Assembly (NCBI GenBank): GCA_964230645.1
Contig: CAXRHT010000001.1
Span: 576,001 to 640,000, forward strand
DNA length: 64,000 nt
Direction of reading: 5' to 3'
Source of the DNA: Bdellovibrionales bacterium
GTDB lineage: Bacteria; Bdellovibrionota; Bdellovibrionia; Bdellovibrionales; JAGQZY01
The position numbers and the translations under genes were made by a program. Shown piece after piece: positions 61,120 to 64,000 of this stretch. Below the pieces are notes generated by a model, which was given only the letters and a program-made list of their open reading frames with translations, had not been told where the DNA came from and did not search any database. Numbering within the stretch: the stretch's first letter is position 1; each line of letters starts with the position of its first letter.

Positions 61120-61752
61120 CTAGCCGCGATAAAGATTAATAAGAAAACTCACCATAGGAGTGAAAATCGTGTGGCTTGAGCTAGCATCCCCTGAAACATT
61201 GGTCAGAGCATCAACCCCTTCCCCGTATTGAATATTTTTGTAAACAAAATGGGGACCAATGGAGAAATGCCGGTTGAGACGGAAAAAATAACCCGCTTCA
61301 AGCTGAAAACCTAAGCCTTCCGAGTAGCGACTAATATCAGCAGTATTCTCTAATTCTTGCTTCGAATAGGGAAAGAAGGTTCCCACAAAGGACCACCCTC
61401 TATGAATGTAGCCAAAACTGACTCCCACAGACTCTCGAGTGGTTTTGGGTGCCGATTCATTGATATCTTGAGACTCTCCTGCGTACAAAATTCCAAAGTA
61501 AAAGCCTTTGCGAAAAATGTAGCCAAACTTCACATCGTAGAGAAAAACATCTCTTTTACGGTTATTAACCGAATTACCGGTGACATCATTACTCTCATCC
61601 ATAGAAAGATACATAAGCGAGGGAGAGAAAACGAGACCATAATCTCTCTGATCGCGGTCAAGATCAGTGAAGGTTTGGTAGGACTCATACTCTTCGTACT
61701 GACCCCAGGCGAGCGTTGGAATAAAAAGAAAAAACAATAAGGCGCGAATCAC
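61120..61752 (-). CDS. Outer-membrane beta-barrel protein
   Basis: Signal peptide; alternating aromatic/Gly strands. Confidence 0.65.
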   Translation of the reverse strand: MIRALLFFLFIPTLAWGQYEEYESYQTFTDLDRDQRDYGLVFSPSLMYLSMDESNDVTGNSVNNRKRDVFLYDVKFGYIFRKGFYFGILYAGESQDINESAPKTTRESVGVSFGYIHRGWSFVGTFFPYSKQELENTADISRYSEGLGFQLEAGYFFRLNRHFSIGPHFVYKNIQYGEGVDALTNVSGDASSSHTIFTPMVSFLINLYRG

Positions 61753-61921
61753 AACCTATTATTGATAACCCAAGTCCAATAATCAAGACTACACCCGACC
61801 TTAAGATTGGGAGGCCCCCGACCACCTGCCCATGATTCCACCCCACAGGGGGATTGGAATTTGAACTCCCCGAAGTTTAGGATTAAACTTGAGCATTGAG
61901 AATAGGAAAGGGACACATCGA

Positions 61922-63139
61922 ATGCCTATCTATGAATATAAGGGCCTTAGCCGATCAGGAAAGAACATCAAAGGAACTGTTGATGCTGATAATTTACGCT
62001 CGGCCCGTGTAAAATTAAAAAAAGATGGGATTTATGTCGTCGATCTGGCTGACAAAACTAAAAAACAACGTAAGAAAAATAAATCCAAAACAAGCACGAC
62101 CTCTGGCGTAAACATTAACGATATGTCGAATATGACGCGGCAGTTGGCATCTTTAATTAAAGCCAATATCCCCCTCGTTGATGCCCTTGGCGCTTGTTCG
62201 GATCAAATGGAAAACCCGGTGCTCAAAGAGGTTCTGGCCGATTGTAAAAACAACGTGAATGAAGGAAGCACTTTTCATAAGTCGATTCGAAAATACCCTA
62301 AAATATTTGATAAAATTTTTATTTCCATGGTCGAGGCCGGTGAAATGTCGGGAACACTGGATGTGATCCTCCTTCGATTGGCCGAATTCAAAGAGGACCA
62401 GGCCGAGCTTAATTCCAAGGTGAAGTCGGCCATGCTCTACCCGATCATCATGTTCTTGTTCATGATTTTGATTCTCGCGGTGATGTTCATTTTCGTCATT
62501 CCGCAAATGATGAGTATTTTTGACGACGCCGAGATGCAACTGCCCTGGTACACCATGCTCGTTATCAACATTAGTGGGACCTTAGTGAACTATTGGTGGG
62601 TGATTCTCCTAGGCATAGGTGTGGTTGTTTTTGGGTTTATACAATGGACTCAATCAGAATCGGGACGCCCGAAATGGGATTATATGAAGCTACATCTGCC
62701 CGTTTCTGGAAAATTAACTCGAATGATTGCGGTTTCTCGCTTCACCCGAACTCTATCAACCCTACTGGCTGGAGGAGTTCCCATGCTGAATGCTATGGAT
62801 ATTGTTAAGAATGTAGTTAATAATGAAGTTCTGGCTAAAGCCATTCGCGAGGCCCGAGATAATATCAGTGAAGGGGAGTCCATAGCAGGCCCCTTGAAGA
62901 AGTCTCAGCAATTTCCTCCCATCGTGATTCATATGGTTGGAATTGGTGAAAAAACAGGCGATCTTGAAAATATGTTGAATCAGGTGAGTGATACCTACGA
63001 TTTTCAGGTCAAAAACAAGGTGGAAGGACTCACTTCGATCCTGGAACCCATTATGATTATTGTAATGGGTGGCGTCATTGGTACGATTGTGTTCTCACTC
63101 ATGGTGCCAATGTTTGAACTCGCCAATATCGCGGAGTAA
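61922..63139 (+). CDS. gspF: T2SS inner-membrane platform protein
   Basis: MPIYEYKG, RQLASL, AGEMSGTL, AMLYP, LEP. Confidence 0.93.
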   Translation: MPIYEYKGLSRSGKNIKGTVDADNLRSARVKLKKDGIYVVDLADKTKKQRKKNKSKTSTTSGVNINDMSNMTRQLASLIKANIPLVDALGACSDQMENPVLKEVLADCKNNVNEGSTFHKSIRKYPKIFDKIFISMVEAGEMSGTLDVILLRLAEFKEDQAELNSKVKSAMLYPIIMFLFMILILAVMFIFVIPQMMSIFDDAEMQLPWYTMLVINISGTLVNYWWVILLGIGVVVFGFIQWTQSESGRPKWDYMKLHLPVSGKLTRMIAVSRFTRTLSTLLAGGVPMLNAMDIVKNVVNNEVLAKAIREARDNISEGESIAGPLKKSQQFPPIVIHMVGIGEKTGDLENMLNQVSDTYDFQVKNKVEGLTSILEPIMIIVMGGVIGTIVFSLMVPMFELANIAE

Positions 63140-63157
63140 TATAAAGAATCAAAAATT

Positions 63158-63595
63158 TTGAGGAGTTTTCTTATGCTTTTAAATAATAGACGCGGTTTCT
63201 CACTTGTCGAGATTATGATTGTTGTTGTGATTATCGGAATTATTGCGGCGACCATGGGTAACCGCTTATTCGGTGGACTGGATAAAGCGAAAGTGAAAAA
63301 TGCAAAAATCATGATGCAGAAATTCGCGGACGCTTTGGAAATGTACAATGTGGACTGCAACACTTATCCCACATCAGAACAAGGACTCGATGCCCTCATG
63401 CAAGAGCCTCAGGGTGAGCCTAGCTGTGACAACTGGGGTCCCGTTTCCTATTTGAAAAAGGTACCTAAAGATCCTTGGGGCCGAGAGTATATATACGATT
63501 CCGATGGAGTGGAGTTTAACATCATTTCCCTTGGAAAAGACAAACGTGAAGGTGGTTCAGAGTTTGGCGAGGACATTAGTTACAAAGATCTGTAA
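63158..63595 (+). CDS. gspG: T2SS major pseudopilin
   Basis: GFSLVE, YPTSEQGLDAL, DPWG, SLGKD. Confidence 0.93.
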   Translation: MRSFLMLLNNRRGFSLVEIMIVVVIIGIIAATMGNRLFGGLDKAKVKNAKIMMQKFADALEMYNVDCNTYPTSEQGLDALMQEPQGEPSCDNWGPVSYLKKVPKDPWGREYIYDSDGVEFNIISLGKDKREGGSEFGEDISYKDL

Positions 63596-63741
63596 TTTTT
63601 TATTCGATCAGTACAAAGAAGGGTCTCCATGGTGTGAGATCCTTTTTTTTAAAACAAAACAGCAAGTCCCCACCCACTCTTTGCATTTTCGCCTGAGCCC
63701 GCTCAACCTTCGAGCTTTTATACTGATTTCAAAGGACGAAA

Positions 63742-64000
63742 ATGAATAATCTTTTCCAGACATTTAGAAAATCTAACAAAAACGAAGCTGGCTTCTCCTT
63801 AATGGAGCTTATGATCGTTCTGATTATCGTGGGAATGTTTATTACATTCAGTGCAAGAAAGCTGGTCAATAGAAGCACCCAAATGAAAGCGGCCGTTCGC
63901 GATTTTTCAGCGATTACTAAAAAACTACGCAACCGTGCAAGGCTTGATAATAAAACCTATCGGCTGGTTTTTGACCTACCCGTGGACAAATCAAAAGCTC
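63742..64000 (+). CDS. Minor pseudopilin (GspH-like), partial
   Basis: Missing from the ORF track. MNNLFQTFRKSNKNEAGFSLMELMIVLIIVG..., open to the window end. Confidence 0.85.
   Translation, partial: MNNLFQTFRKSNKNEAGFSLMELMIVLIIVGMFITFSARKLVNRSTQMKAAVRDFSAITKKLRNRARLDNKTYRLVFDLPVDKSKA

Overview
Gene-dense bacterial chromosome segment. Gene content (FQNC-type lipoproteins, DUF1592/DUF1552 pairs, a mevalonate operon behind rplT, alternative complex III, T2SS) suggests Bdellovibrionota; this is inference, not a taxonomic test. Left to right: partial ABC permease, ABC ATPase and a carnosine-N-methyltransferase-like enzyme with a PqqD-like tail; DUF1592/DUF1552 pair 1; ferredoxin; a divergent Zur-type metal-uptake locus (Fur regulator, thioredoxin, TonB / His-rich lipoprotein, TonB-dependent receptor) with twin operator palindromes; orphan CheB, Tat aldo/keto reductase, membrane protein, permease; a REP-like motif with a 42-bp tandem array next to tRNA-Pro(GGG); merR-ihfA-pheT-pheS; rsmG, TrmH, nupC; DUF1592/DUF1552 pair 2; mevalonate operon with an inserted grxB; rplT-rpmI; a structured 513-bp spacer; infC (AUU start); thrS; actA-F; subtilase; system II cytochrome c maturation; and a split, divergent T2SS cluster. 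No CRISPR array, integrase or transposase was seen. All product calls come from motif recognition by eye, not database searches. The best leads are the methyltransferase/ABC unit, the metal-uptake locus, the 21-bp-phased array and several unannotated small ORFs.
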